From assembly GCA_018653365.1 (NCBI GenBank), contig JABIAG010000001.1, forward strand, positions 634,586 to 698,585: 64,000 bases of DNA, read 5' to 3'. The number at the start of each line of letters is the position of its first letter. The stretch's first letter is position 1. Positions 10,275-19,795 of the stretch are shown piece by piece. Under the pieces are notes generated by a model that was not told the DNA's origin, ran no database searches, and worked only from the letters and a program-made list of their open reading frames with translations. The DNA comes from Candidatus Woesearchaeota archaeon (GTDB lineage Archaea; Nanobdellota; Nanobdellia; Woesearchaeales; JABIAG01). The position numbers and the translations under genes are program-made.

Positions 10275-10598
10275 TTACTGTATTTCGACCTTTTTCAATC
10301 TCATACCAGTAGCTTGAACAGAAACATACTTACATTCACCACACTCATACCTAAAGTCAGTTTTTTTAGTTAACTTCTTACCCGTCATTTTAAACTTAGT
10401 AATAGCTTTACGTGAGAATCGTCCTCGGTTTCCCATTCCAATACCAACACCTCTATTACGCAGGCTCTGTCTTTTACGACTTCCCCAGGTTTGGTGATGA
10501 GTAGCATTCAAACCCTTTCTTTTAGCCTGAGATACCTTATGTGGAGTGTGTTTTTTACACTTTGGACATAATCTTTTCATCTGTTTAGGTACTTTCAT
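10275..10598 (-). CDS. rpl44e: 50S ribosomal protein L44e (eL42)
   Basis: CPKCKKHTPHKV...ECGECK zinc ribbon and basic composition typical of L44e. Confidence 0.9.
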   Translation of the reverse strand: MKVPKQMKRLCPKCKKHTPHKVSQAKRKGLNATHHQTWGSRKRQSLRNRGVGIGMGNRGRFSRKAITKFKMTGKKLTKKTDFRYECGECKYVSVQATGMRLKKVEIQ

Positions 10599-10633
10599 AG
10601 GTTAAAGAATTTATGGATGGTTTATAAAGGTTT

Positions 10634-11257
10634 TTATTCAACAACCTCGACGCAACCTCGTTTAATAAGAATATCTGCAACTTTTTTAGGAAAAGTGCCC
10701 ATATCGTCCTTAACAAAAGGTCCCAACATTTCCATATCTGGAGAGGCAAACTCTGGAGTGTCTTCAACAAATTTAAGATTTAACTCTTTTACTTCCTCTT
10801 TAGGTTCAGCATCAACACTAACCGTGGGCATCTCAGCATTCAACAACTTCATCAAAATATCTTGCCTACTAACATCGAGAGTCTTAACCAAAGAATCATA
10901 TAGTAATCTTTCCTCTTTTAACAAAGTAGTTTCATCAATTAATGGAGATTGAGTTCGAGATTTATTCATTGCCATCTCAATAACCTTCTTCTCCCTCTGC
11001 TCATAAAGATCTCTTAAAATCTTTTTAATATTAAATAATTGTTTCTCAGCGCTAAGCTTTTCCTCCTCAGCAAACAAGGTACTCTGATCAGTATTAGCAT
11101 CAAGAATTGCTTTCTTCTTAACAAGATAAGAAATAACATTCATCAAAAAAGAGTCATCTAACAATTGTAACTCTCCCCGATTCTTTTCTCGTCTAAAGAT
11201 TTCAAAAAGAGTCTCATAAGTTATGACTACTTCGTCTTCTTTTTTTTCATCCCCCAT
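10634..11257 (-). CDS. GINS subunit-like protein (Gins51/Gins15-type), putative
   Basis: ITYETLFEIFRREKNRGELQLLDDSFLMNVISYL and LYEQREKKVIEMAMNK resemble the GINS A-domain pattern (Y..L....r.E....L..L...F; R..KI...A). By-eye match only. Confidence 0.45.
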   Translation of the reverse strand: MGDEKKEDEVVITYETLFEIFRREKNRGELQLLDDSFLMNVISYLVKKKAILDANTDQSTLFAEEEKLSAEKQLFNIKKILRDLYEQREKKVIEMAMNKSRTQSPLIDETTLLKEERLLYDSLVKTLDVSRQDILMKLLNAEMPTVSVDAEPKEEVKELNLKFVEDTPEFASPDMEMLGPFVKDDMGTFPKKVADILIKRGCVEVVE

Positions 11258-11346
11258 ACCGAAACGAAGAAGAAGGGAATATTTAAAGTTTTACATTCTT
11301 GAAACTGAGGAAAAGTTTTATAAACATTCAATCCCCATTTAATCAT

Positions 11347-12537
11347 ATGCAATTTGAATATGAAGACATAAAATTCAAACAAGAAAAAGAGGGTGTAAAT
11401 GCAATATTCTTAGAAATCTTCAGCTTTAAGATTAAGAATGAAGAATTAGAACGGTTAGGAACGTATTCAGTAAACAAAGGCAAAATAGTCTTTAAAACAA
11501 ACATTAATGAAAGAAAGTTTGGCGAACTAATCAACAAAGGGTTTAACTCACTAACTAATCTAACAAATGGCAAACCTACAACATACATTCACAAGAACTC
11601 AGGCATTCCACTAATGGGCAACGTCTCATTTGGTATAATTGACCGCGGAACCAACATACTAGAAATAAAACCAATCACATCATGTAATCTGGACTGTGTA
11701 TTTTGTTCGGTAGATGAAAATAGAAGGATAAGAGACTTTGTAGTTGAAGCAGACTACTTAATCGAAGAAATCAACAAACTAATTGCTTACAAAGAGTGCA
11801 ATGAGATGGAAATACATGTAGGTTGCCAGGGAGAGCCCCTACGTTATTCCAAACTAACATATTTAATAAAAAAGCTACGTCACAACAAAGCAATAAAACG
11901 TGTCTCAATGGACACAAATGCGACCTTTCTGACAGAAAACAAAATAGATGAACTAATCAATGCAGGATTTACACGATTAAACATATCACTAAACGCAATT
12001 GATCCCGTATTAGCTACTAAAATGGCAGGCAAACCATACCAAGTAACAAACATATTGAATGCGATCAAGTATGTCGCAAGTAAAAACATAGAGGTAGTTG
12101 TGGCCCCAGTAATAGTAAAAGGACTAAATGATGAAGAATTGGAGAATATTGTAAAATTTGCTAAAAACCTAAATAAAAAACAAAAAGCACCCCTATTAGG
12201 GGTACAAAAATATCTTTACTATCCAAAAGGCAAAAAATTGAAAGAAGAAGAATGGGACCCGTTCTTTGAACGCCTAAAAAGATTAGAAAAAAAACATACA
12301 ATCAGACTAATATTGAAAGAAACAGATTTTAGTGTAATTAAGACAAAAGAACTCCCAAAACCATTCAAGAAAAAAGAAATAATCGAGGCAGAAGTTAAAT
12401 GTGAAGGAAGATTAAAAAATGAAAAGATTGCGGTCGCTCAAAACAGAACAATATCATTCACAGGACCTGCTAAAAGCAAAGCAAAACTCAAAATAACAAG
12501 AATAAAACATAATATTTACAAAGCATCAATTAACTAA
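11347..12537 (+). CDS. radical SAM domain protein
   Basis: CNLDCVFC (CX3CX2C). I prefer the ATG at 11347 over the track's TTG at 11299, because TATA-like GTTTTATAAAC lies about 30 nt upstream of 11347. Confidence 0.8.
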   Translation: MQFEYEDIKFKQEKEGVNAIFLEIFSFKIKNEELERLGTYSVNKGKIVFKTNINERKFGELINKGFNSLTNLTNGKPTTYIHKNSGIPLMGNVSFGIIDRGTNILEIKPITSCNLDCVFCSVDENRRIRDFVVEADYLIEEINKLIAYKECNEMEIHVGCQGEPLRYSKLTYLIKKLRHNKAIKRVSMDTNATFLTENKIDELINAGFTRLNISLNAIDPVLATKMAGKPYQVTNILNAIKYVASKNIEVVVAPVIVKGLNDEELENIVKFAKNLNKKQKAPLLGVQKYLYYPKGKKLKEEEWDPFFERLKRLEKKHTIRLILKETDFSVIKTKELPKPFKKKEIIEAEVKCEGRLKNEKIAVAQNRTISFTGPAKSKAKLKITRIKHNIYKASIN

Positions 12538-13059
12538 GATTTCTTTCTGCTGAGCAAAAAAGACTTCCATAAAATCTGACAAAGGCAAGGCATAATCATA
12601 GTAATTTGCAATAACTCTCGAAGCTCTACGCGTATCCATTGCAGAATAACCTGCAACAACAACAGAAAACCTATTCTCAAACTCATAAAGCTTGATCATT
12701 CCAGTATTTGGAGGTATGGCATCTGAACAAGAAGGAGGAAAACCCATGATCTCAGCAGTAACCCCATTAGCACAAGGTCCTCCAACAGAAATTAAGTTCT
12801 CACTAGTAAAATCTTCCACCTCAGAAGCAAGAACTGCCCTCAGCCCATGAAAAGACTGATTAGTAGTTGGATTGTACTGTAAAGACGTAGCTATCTCAAT
12901 AGCACCAATAGTATCAGAAGCAATAGCAGTGTCTCCCACCACAATCTTCACATTTAATGTATTCCCATTAACAAAAAAGTCAGGATAATCCCTCAAAGTA
13001 AAAGATAAAACTGAAGGCACCATTACAAGTATCAATAATAAAACAATGAACTTTTTCAT
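12526..13059 (-). CDS. secreted mini-paralog of the S-layer protein (N- and C-terminal segments fused)
   Basis: Signal peptide. DYPDFFVNGN...VVGDTAIASDTIGAIEIATSLQY and VGGPCANG...AGYSAMDTRRASRVIANYYDY align with the two ends of the 805-aa protein next door. Confidence 0.8.
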   Translation of the reverse strand: MKKFIVLLLILVMVPSVLSFTLRDYPDFFVNGNTLNVKIVVGDTAIASDTIGAIEIATSLQYNPTTNQSFHGLRAVLASEVEDFTSENLISVGGPCANGVTAEIMGFPPSCSDAIPPNTGMIKLYEFENRFSVVVAGYSAMDTRRASRVIANYYDYALPLSDFMEVFFAQQKEILVN

Positions 13060-13143
13060 AGTAATACTGAGAAAGAGGTAGTTTATAATTTTTTTGCTTT
13101 AGAAGTATAATAAAAAAAAAGAAAAAAAGAAAAGGTTTTACCC

Positions 13144-15561
13144 TTATTCTACGGTTGCCACAACAATATTGCTAAAGTCTGTTCCAGAAACAACAACTTC
13201 ATCACCCATTAGGTCATAATCGTTGTAATTTGCAAGAACTCTTGAAGCTCTTCGTGTGTCGATTGCGTCGTATCCGTTAACTAACATAGCAACATAGTCA
13301 CCATATTCTTTCAGTTTCACAACTGCGGTGTTAGCTTCTGGTGCTCCTTCAGAACATGTTGCTGAAGTAACTCCTAGGAATTCAGCTGCTTTTTCGTTAG
13401 CACATGGTCCACCTACTATGATAGAATTTTGTGCTGACAAACTATCCACTTCGGATGCTAGTTTAGCTGTTCCAACTGCAATCTTTTTATCTGCTCCACC
13501 CATTCCGCCACCAAGAACTGATGCTCCTACTGGAGAAACGAATACATTAGCATATAATTCCTTTTCAGGGAACAATGCTTTAGCAGATCTTTTGTTTTCA
13601 TTGTCGTAGTCAACTCTTGTACCGTAATTAGTGTAGTACACTTGGTCGTTGTTACTATCTGCAACCTTATCAACAGCAGCGTAAGATGCTTGTCTTAGGG
13701 TTGGGGTTTTGATGTTTAACTCGTCATCAGAGGTATCAACATACACGATGAATTCTATCTCGTCTCTTGGATCTTCTGTTCCAGTAGATGAGTCAACTTC
13801 ACCTTCACTTTCGTTAATACTAATTGTTAAATTAGATATAACTCCAGCAGCGCCGGTTGTATTCTCTGTGGTTCCGTTTAAACCTATTCCAGTTAGTTCA
13901 ACATATCCTTCGTATTCAGTATACATAACTTCATCTACGTCAACAACAACACTTCCTGCAACTGCACTGAAATTAATCCAGTAACTGTCAGGTTCTACTG
14001 CTAGATTTACGGTAGGACCGCCTGCAGGTAAATTCATAGCAACAAAGTCACCATTAATTGAATTACTTGTTGTTTTTGAACCGCCGTATGTAACGTCTTT
14101 CAAAGTTGTTTTGTTGTCACTTAGGTCTATGTCATCAACTTCAATAACGTGAAGTTCTTTTCCTTCAATTACAAGGAATCGAGCTCCTTCACAATCAGTT
14201 ACAGCACCAGATCCCAGACATACTCCGCCTGCAAAATAGTATCTATCTTCTGCATCAACAGATGTTCCGAAGAAAAGTGCATCATCCAAAGAATCACAAT
14301 TTCCTTCACAGAAGAACGGTAAACTTATTGCTTTTCCGTCTATGTTGTTAAATTTCAAGGTCAAATCATCTCCTGAAATACCCATATCAATTTCTGTGGT
14401 TTTTGCCACAATATTAGCAAACTTAATTTCGAAGTTTCCTAAAACAGGGTCTGCCATACTTTCGCCTTCAGCTAGATAAACTTTATCTTCTGGTGAGTAC
14501 CAGATGCTCATAGACTCAAGTTGACTTTCACTAGATTCTTTGTATTGAACTTCGGATCCGTCAATTTTTTTACCATTGATGTTAACCTTTTTGTTTTGTT
14601 CTAAAACAATTTCGGTTGCTCCCAAGTTTACTTCACAAACGTCTGTGTCTTTTGTATCTGAGTGTACAACAATTGCGTCGGTAACTCCGATTTCAACACC
14701 ATTAACTTTTTTGGATGATCCTTTATCAACCCATTGAAGTGTAGCATCAACCATGATTCCACATTTATCTTCATTTTCGTTAACGTCTACAAGTTCAACT
14801 TCATGTTCTTCTCCACCAACAATTCTTGTTATTGGAGTTCCTTGTTCAAGCCAAACAGTTGTGTCGCCAGCTTGCATGGTTAACTTATCGATTTTTCCTG
14901 TAGAACTAACTTTTGCAGCAGTTATTGTGTACAAGTTTCCTTGTATTTCAATTTTTGCTGTTTCTAAATCAGCATTTGTTGTTGTTTGGGATGTATTATC
15001 GAATTCCATGTAGTCATCAAATTCCAAAGTATAATTGTACATTGGGAAATTATTTGATCTACTGAATACCATATATAATCCACCATTTGCAGCATCGTCG
15101 TCATCTTGAGCAAGTTGTAGCTCTCCTGTTCCGTCGATAAAAGCAATTTCTTGTGTGTAGGATTCATCGTTGTCAGTATTACCTTCACTTTCTTCGAAAA
15201 CTCCGTTTCCAAGAACTGTTGGTAAATCATCTCCGTCTAATGAGGTATCAACATCATAAATACTTTCATTTATGTTTAATTGATCTCCAGATGCTGAAAT
15301 AGCAACTCCATCATCAACAGAAACTTCTGATGCTCCGCCACTATATTGTAGACCTGTTGCAATATCAATTGCGCCAAGTGTGTCGGCAGCTATAGCATTA
15401 TCTCCTAATACTATTGAACCTTGGAACTCTCCTCCGTTAATAAATAGCGGACTTGGGTAGTCACTTAGGTCAGCAGCCATTGCACCTAGAACTGTAGCTC
15501 CTAGCATGGAAGCCCCTATTCCCAATGCAATCATTTTTTTTATTGTTTTTTTCACTTTCAT
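13144..15561 (-). CDS. S-layer (surface layer) protein
   Basis: Signal peptide MKVKKTIKKMIALGIGASMLGATVLGAMA. Acidic, Thr/Ser/Asn/Gly-rich 805-aa protein. Strong SD (GGAGGTG) and a long leader. Terminal segments recall methanococcal-type S-layer N/C domains. Confidence 0.8.
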   Translation of the reverse strand: MKVKKTIKKMIALGIGASMLGATVLGAMAADLSDYPSPLFINGGEFQGSIVLGDNAIAADTLGAIDIATGLQYSGGASEVSVDDGVAISASGDQLNINESIYDVDTSLDGDDLPTVLGNGVFEESEGNTDNDESYTQEIAFIDGTGELQLAQDDDDAANGGLYMVFSRSNNFPMYNYTLEFDDYMEFDNTSQTTTNADLETAKIEIQGNLYTITAAKVSSTGKIDKLTMQAGDTTVWLEQGTPITRIVGGEEHEVELVDVNENEDKCGIMVDATLQWVDKGSSKKVNGVEIGVTDAIVVHSDTKDTDVCEVNLGATEIVLEQNKKVNINGKKIDGSEVQYKESSESQLESMSIWYSPEDKVYLAEGESMADPVLGNFEIKFANIVAKTTEIDMGISGDDLTLKFNNIDGKAISLPFFCEGNCDSLDDALFFGTSVDAEDRYYFAGGVCLGSGAVTDCEGARFLVIEGKELHVIEVDDIDLSDNKTTLKDVTYGGSKTTSNSINGDFVAMNLPAGGPTVNLAVEPDSYWINFSAVAGSVVVDVDEVMYTEYEGYVELTGIGLNGTTENTTGAAGVISNLTISINESEGEVDSSTGTEDPRDEIEFIVYVDTSDDELNIKTPTLRQASYAAVDKVADSNNDQVYYTNYGTRVDYDNENKRSAKALFPEKELYANVFVSPVGASVLGGGMGGADKKIAVGTAKLASEVDSLSAQNSIIVGGPCANEKAAEFLGVTSATCSEGAPEANTAVVKLKEYGDYVAMLVNGYDAIDTRRASRVLANYNDYDLMGDEVVVSGTDFSNIVVATVE

Positions 15562-15628
15562 CTAAACACCTCCGTGTTTGATTTTAATGCCTTTATCGGC
15601 TTTGTTTTATCACCTGAAACCAACACCA

Positions 15629-15637
15629 TATTTAAAG
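15629..15637 (-). promoter_or_regulatory. TATA box of the S-layer gene (leadered transcript)
   Basis: Minus strand reads CTTTAAATA about 70-75 nt upstream of the ATG at 15561. GGAGGTG lies 6 nt before the ATG. Confidence 0.45.
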
Positions 15638-16065
15638 ATTGTGGCGTAAATACCTATACACTCACAATTCTTCTATGACGAAGTTTCAAGTATTTCACTA
15701 AGGTCTAAATAATCATTTATAAGCTTTTCGCAACTTTTTGTGCGATGTTGGTGAAATCATACTGGAGAGCGCCCGTAGTGGCCGAATTCGAAAAAAAGAC
15801 ACATTCATCACTCAAAAATAGTACAACGAAGGAGGTGTGTTTTTTGAAGTTTATTTAAAAAGAGACAGTATTTGTTTTATAAATAAACTGATATTGAAAG
15901 CAACATCTTAACTCTTAAACTGAAAACATCCAAATAAACTAAAAAAACCAACCCCAAAATTCATACTATATAATATAGTATAAGTGAAGTTGGCATAAAA
16001 ATAAACATGGTTGACACCCAAAAGTTCTCGCTTCGCTTGAACACAAAAAATTAGAAAATAATAAA

Positions 16066-16149
16066 TGCGGGGCACAGGGCTCGAACCTGCGTAGGCACTA
16101 AGCCAATAGGGCCTAAACCTATCCCGTTTGACCACTCCGGCAACCCCGC
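16066..16149 (-). tRNA. tRNA-Leu, anticodon TAG, type II (long variable arm), CCA not encoded
   Basis: Reverse complement is GCGGGGTTGCCGGAGTGGTCAAACGGGATAGGTTTAGGCCCTATTGGCTTAGTGCCTACGCAGGTTCGAGCCCTGTGCCCCGCA. It has a 7-bp acceptor stem, anticodon stem ATAGG/CCTAT with loop TTTAGGC, a long variable arm and a T-arm GCAGG-TTCGAGC-CCTGT. Confidence 0.9.
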
Positions 16150-16173
16150 GTATATAATATAGATAAATGCGTT

Positions 16174-16184
16174 TATTTATAAAA
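16174..16184 (-). promoter_or_regulatory. TATA box for tRNA-Leu
   Basis: Minus strand reads TTTTATAAATA, centred about 30 nt upstream of tRNA position 1. Confidence 0.45.
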
Positions 16185-16242
16185 TTATTGATTGACATTC
16201 ATTCCAAACATTTAAATATATCATATATAATATAGTATAGAG

Positions 16243-16788
16243 ATGAAAAACACCAAACCAACTCATCAGGAATATGTTCATCCTAAAACAATACTACAAC
16301 AACATTCTGCAGCCAAACATGCAGGAATGCTAACCCTATTCTTTGGACACTTAGTAAAAAGCAAAATAAAAACAAAAGCCTTCGGATTATTTATGATCAG
16401 TCTATTATTTGCAATAGCAATACTATTCTTTTCAGTCATTCCAACCCAAACAGTAGTTGTTGGATTTAAAAATTCGGGATTCGTAAGCCATTTACTATCT
16501 TATTTCATACTATCCTTTCTAATAGCAATGTATCTAAAAGAGAAAAAAGCAAGATTTGGCAAAGGATGGGGCCACTTCATAAGCGGAATAATCAAATTTA
16601 AAGAAGAAAACATAATAAAAATCATACTCAAAGCAGCAATAATCTCGGGATGTTACGGAGTCTTAATTGAAATCATACAATATCACGTGCCCTATAGACA
16701 CTTCCAATACTTAGATATGTTAGTTAACTTTACTGGAGCATTCTTAATATTCGTAATATTGCCATTTCTAATAAGAAAAGATGATTAA
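16243..16788 (+). CDS. VanZ-like membrane protein
   Basis: SHLLSYFILSFLI and GVLIEIIQYHVPYRHFQYLDMLVNFTGAF match the VanZ family pattern (H...Y..L..l ... E..Q.fvpgR....D...N..G). Confidence 0.65.
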   Translation: MKNTKPTHQEYVHPKTILQQHSAAKHAGMLTLFFGHLVKSKIKTKAFGLFMISLLFAIAILFFSVIPTQTVVVGFKNSGFVSHLLSYFILSFLIAMYLKEKKARFGKGWGHFISGIIKFKEENIIKIILKAAIISGCYGVLIEIIQYHVPYRHFQYLDMLVNFTGAFLIFVILPFLIRKDD

Positions 16789-16817
16789 TTGTCAATTATA
16801 ATTAATTTAAGAACTAA

Positions 16818-16985
16818 CTAATCCTTTTTTTGCCAAGAATAAGATCTCAGTTTAGCAGAAGCACCATAACCACATGAACTACAAACTTTTTTTCTCATAA
16901 GATAGGTACGTTTACCACACCGTCTACAATGAGTGCAAGTAATTTTCCCCGACTTTTTTCCCATAGAAGGTGTTCCTTTAGTCAT
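16818..16985 (-). CDS. rpl37e: 50S ribosomal protein L37e (eL37)
   Basis: Missing from the ORF track (55 aa). Hand translation: [55 protein letters not shown], the L37e zinc-ribbon signature. Starts 3 nt after the Sm gene stop. Confidence 0.9.
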   Translation of the reverse strand: MTKGTPSMGKKSGKITCTHCRRCGKRTYLMRKKVCSSCGYGASAKLRSYSWQKKD

Positions 16986-16988
16986 TTT

Positions 16989-17216
16989 CTAATCCTGCGG
17001 TGCAATAAAGATAATAGTATCTCCTCTAATAAAGAGTTTACCCAATTGTCTCTTAGTCTCTCCGTTTTCTCTTTCTTCTGCATTATCAAGAACAGTATTA
17101 ATGTGAATGTCAAAAGCTACTAGATTTCCAATAAATTGTTTGCCGTTTTTTAATTCAACGATTACTCTTTTGTTTCTTGCGTTGTTAAGTGCATCTAAAG
17201 GTCTTGATGTTTCCAT
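16989..17216 (-). CDS. Sm-like archaeal protein (SmAP/LSm)
   Basis: Sm1/Sm2 motifs: RVIVELKNGKQFIGNLVAFDIHINTVLDNAEE and LFIRGDTIIFI. The Sm-L37e gene pair is typical of archaea. Confidence 0.9.
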   Translation of the reverse strand: METSRPLDALNNARNKRVIVELKNGKQFIGNLVAFDIHINTVLDNAEERENGETKRQLGKLFIRGDTIIFIAPQD

Positions 17217-17312
17217 TTTAATTTATGAAATAATTAGCCCTATTTAAAGCTTATTATTTTTAGATTAGAGCAAAGGATAAGATTTATAAATGCTCTATTT
17301 TTTCTCTATACT

Positions 17313-17684
17313 ATGATTTCAAGAAAAAGATCAAAAAGGAAAAGTTCCGGCGGATTATATACTGCTTCACGTAAAAAAAGAAAAAGTGAATTAGGCAGTG
17401 TTCCGACTACAACCAAACTTGGAGAGGTTAAACGAAGACTGTCAAGAGTACTTGGTGGAAATGTTAAAACCCGAAATGTTCAAACAAACGTTCTAAATCT
17501 TTTTGATGGAAAAACTTATGTTAAAGCAACAATAAAAAATGTTACAGAAAACAGTGCTAACAAAAACTTTATTCGACAAAACATTCTAACTAAAGGCGCT
17601 ATTGTTGAAACCGACAAAGGTAAAGCAAAAATAACTTCTCGACCTGGACAAACAGGCAGCTTAAACGGAATTCTTATTAAATAG
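17313..17684 (+). CDS. rps8e: 30S ribosomal protein S8e
   Basis: SKRKSSGG...RKKRKSELG N-terminus and size are typical of S8e. TATA about 30 nt upstream. Confidence 0.85.
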   Translation: MISRKRSKRKSSGGLYTASRKKRKSELGSVPTTTKLGEVKRRLSRVLGGNVKTRNVQTNVLNLFDGKTYVKATIKNVTENSANKNFIRQNILTKGAIVETDKGKAKITSRPGQTGSLNGILIK

Positions 17685-17725
17685 AATAACGAAATATTTA
17701 TTAAGTGCTTCCCCGAAAAAAGGGT

Positions 17726-19795
17726 ATGAAAAAACTATTATGATTTATTACCTTTCTAATCCTCTTAACCACAATCACATATGCAACACAAGAAATTAGT
17801 GTATTAAGTACCCCAAAAGAAACATACCACCTTGGCGAAGAACTAAATAGCGAAGTATCCTTCACAAATAATGAAACAAAACAAGCAGTAGCAAGTATCG
17901 CACTCGTCTGTGACGATGTTGATTTTGAATTCTACAGACAATTATTCACAAGTTCAACACAGAAACAAATAATTCAGGGACCAAAAATAAGCGTAACAGA
18001 CGAACTAAATGGAGAGTGTTATGTACTTGCATCACTCCAAGACCTACTTGGTAAAACACTAACACAAGATAGAACAGATGCATTTACCATCACCAACACA
18101 TTAAACATACAATTAGAGGTTACACCAAGTTCAGTAAGACCCACAGAACCAATACAAATAACCGGAACCATCGATAGAGCGGGAGAGTACACTCTAACAA
18201 CAACACTTAATCAAGAAACAAAAAAGTATGATGTAACTGAAAACGTCGACATAAGCTATGGACTACCAAACGATTTAGAACCTGGAAATCATGTAATTCT
18301 TATTTCTGCAAATGATGAGGAAGGCAACATCGCAGAAGAAGAACTAATCATTACTATTAAACAAGTACCCACTGAATTAACAATACAAGAAATTAATGAC
18401 ATACTACCTCCTGCTGATGCAAGAATTGAGACAAAACTAATTGATCAAGCCGGTGAAGAGATGAGTTCACCAATTACTGTTCTAATTACTTACCCTGATG
18501 AAACAAACAAAGAGGTAACCTCAACAACAGGAACAACCCTCAATCTTCCAATTGGAAATACAGACTTACCCGGACAATACAATCTTAAGATCACGTCAGA
18601 AGAGTTATCATCTGAAAAAACATTTCAGGTACTAGAAAAGATCGAATTAGATGCAGCCATAGAAGGTAATGAATTACTAATATCTAACTTAGGCAATGTT
18701 CTCTACGAAGAAACAATATTTCTTGAACTAGAAAAAGAGGGCAAGATGATCACCCTTGTTTTGAAAAGTGAAATAGAAGTTGGTGAGAAAGAAACATTTG
18801 ACATAGGAACAAAAACCGAAGACGGAACTTACAACCTTAAACTAACAACAAAGGCACTAGAAAAAGAGTGGTCCAACATAGTTATAGAAGATCATCGAAA
18901 TGGGGTAAAAAAAGCAAAAGACGGACTTTATTCAATAACCGGGGCATTAACCTGGAACTCAGAAAATGGATCTAAAACTCCAATGTATCTTGTTATTGTA
19001 GCCATAATCATAATTGTGTTAGCAATAGTATTTCATCAAAGAGTGGGAAGTAAACTAAAAAAAGTAATAAAAAAACAAGATGAAGCCCCAACCAAAACCG
19101 AAACAGTACAACTCAAAAATGAATTATTCAGCGAACAACAAAACAACAAACAACTACAAAAAATAATTGAACAATACATAGACAAACAGGTTGTTAAAGA
19201 ACATTTACAAGATGGCAATACTGGAATGACAAGAAAAGAAATTTCCGTATTGTTCACAGACATGAGAGGATTCTCAAAATTATTTGGGGAATTCCAAGAC
19301 GAAGAAATAATCCAACTATTAAACTCTTACTTTGAAAAATCAAGTAAAACAATCAAACAACATGGCGGACTAATAAACAAATTTATTGGCGATAGTGTAA
19401 TGGCACTATTCAATGCAACAAAACCACAACAAGACCACGTAATGCAAGCAATTTGTTCAGCACTAACACTACAAGAAGAACTAAAAGAACTAGATACAGA
19501 ATTACAAAAAAAAGGATATCCCTCTCTCAAAGTTGGCATTGGCATCTCAACTGGAATGGCAAGTGTTGGCTACTTAGGCGGGAAAGAAAAACTTGAATAT
19601 ACTGCAATAGGAGTACCAGTAAATACTGCATTCCGAATGCAAGGAAAAGCGCAAACTGGAGAGGTAATCATTTCTGAAGCAACCTACAAACGAGTCAAAG
19701 ACAAAATTGAGGTTGAAGAAATAGGAGAGGAAGAATTCAAAAACATACAAGGAAAAATAAAACTATTCAGAGTTCTGAGTGTAAGACATTCTTAA
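17726..19795 (+). CDS. membrane-anchored class III adenylate/guanylate cyclase with a large extracellular beta-rich domain; in-frame TGA at 17741-17743
   Basis: Catalytic motifs VLFTDMRGFSKLF, FIGDSVMALF and GISTGMASVGYLGG...YTAIGVPVNTAFRMQ. TM helix MYLVIVAIIIIVLAIVF. The frame is open from 17744, with no ATG before 18461. MKKLL-TGA-FITFLILLTTITYA reads as a signal peptide interrupted by one stop. Confidence 0.7.

Larger units (their letters stand above)
15967..16239. repeat. three copies of an AT-only near-palindrome TATATAATATAG(T/A)TA around tRNA-Leu
   Basis: Identical 16-mers TATATAATATAGTATA at 15967-15982 and 16224-16239. A 15-nt variant TATATAATATAGATA at 16151-16165 abuts the tRNA 5' end. 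Confidence 0.5.

Noticed and set aside
10275-10598. Expected rps27e partner gene downstream of rpl44e
   Set aside because: Only 41 nt separate rpl44e from the next gene (the lipoprotein), and no zinc-ribbon micro-ORF is present. S27e must be encoded elsewhere.
13328-15230. Multiple 85-93-aa ORFs on both strands inside the S-layer gene, and similar nested ORFs inside other long genes (for example 20186-21343, 29234-29764, 53472-54452)
   Set aside because: These are shadow ORFs within longer, motif-supported genes. They have low-complexity or biased translations and no independent start signals.
15650-16060. Additional structured ncRNA (RNase P, SRP or C/D-box sRNA) in the 680-nt S-layer/tRNA intergenic region
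   Set aside because: Apart from one short GC patch (15766-15790), the region is AT-rich. I found no extended complementary arms or convincing C/D boxes by eye, so I cannot support a call without a covariance-model scan.
15908-16198. 96-aa minus-strand ORF in the track
   Set aside because: It is read straight through tRNA-Leu (16066-16149) and its AT-rich promoter. It has no coding-like composition, so I treat it as an artefact.
17741-17743. Genome-wide TGA reassignment (for example TGA=Trp or Gly) as the explanation for the in-frame TGA in the cyclase gene
   Set aside because: Several well-supported genes in the window end at TGA, with the next gene starting at or overlapping that codon (9709-9711, 53603-53605, 57016-57018, 57659-57661). 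TGA therefore functions as a stop here. A selenocysteine in a signal peptide is implausible and I saw no obvious SECIS-like element.
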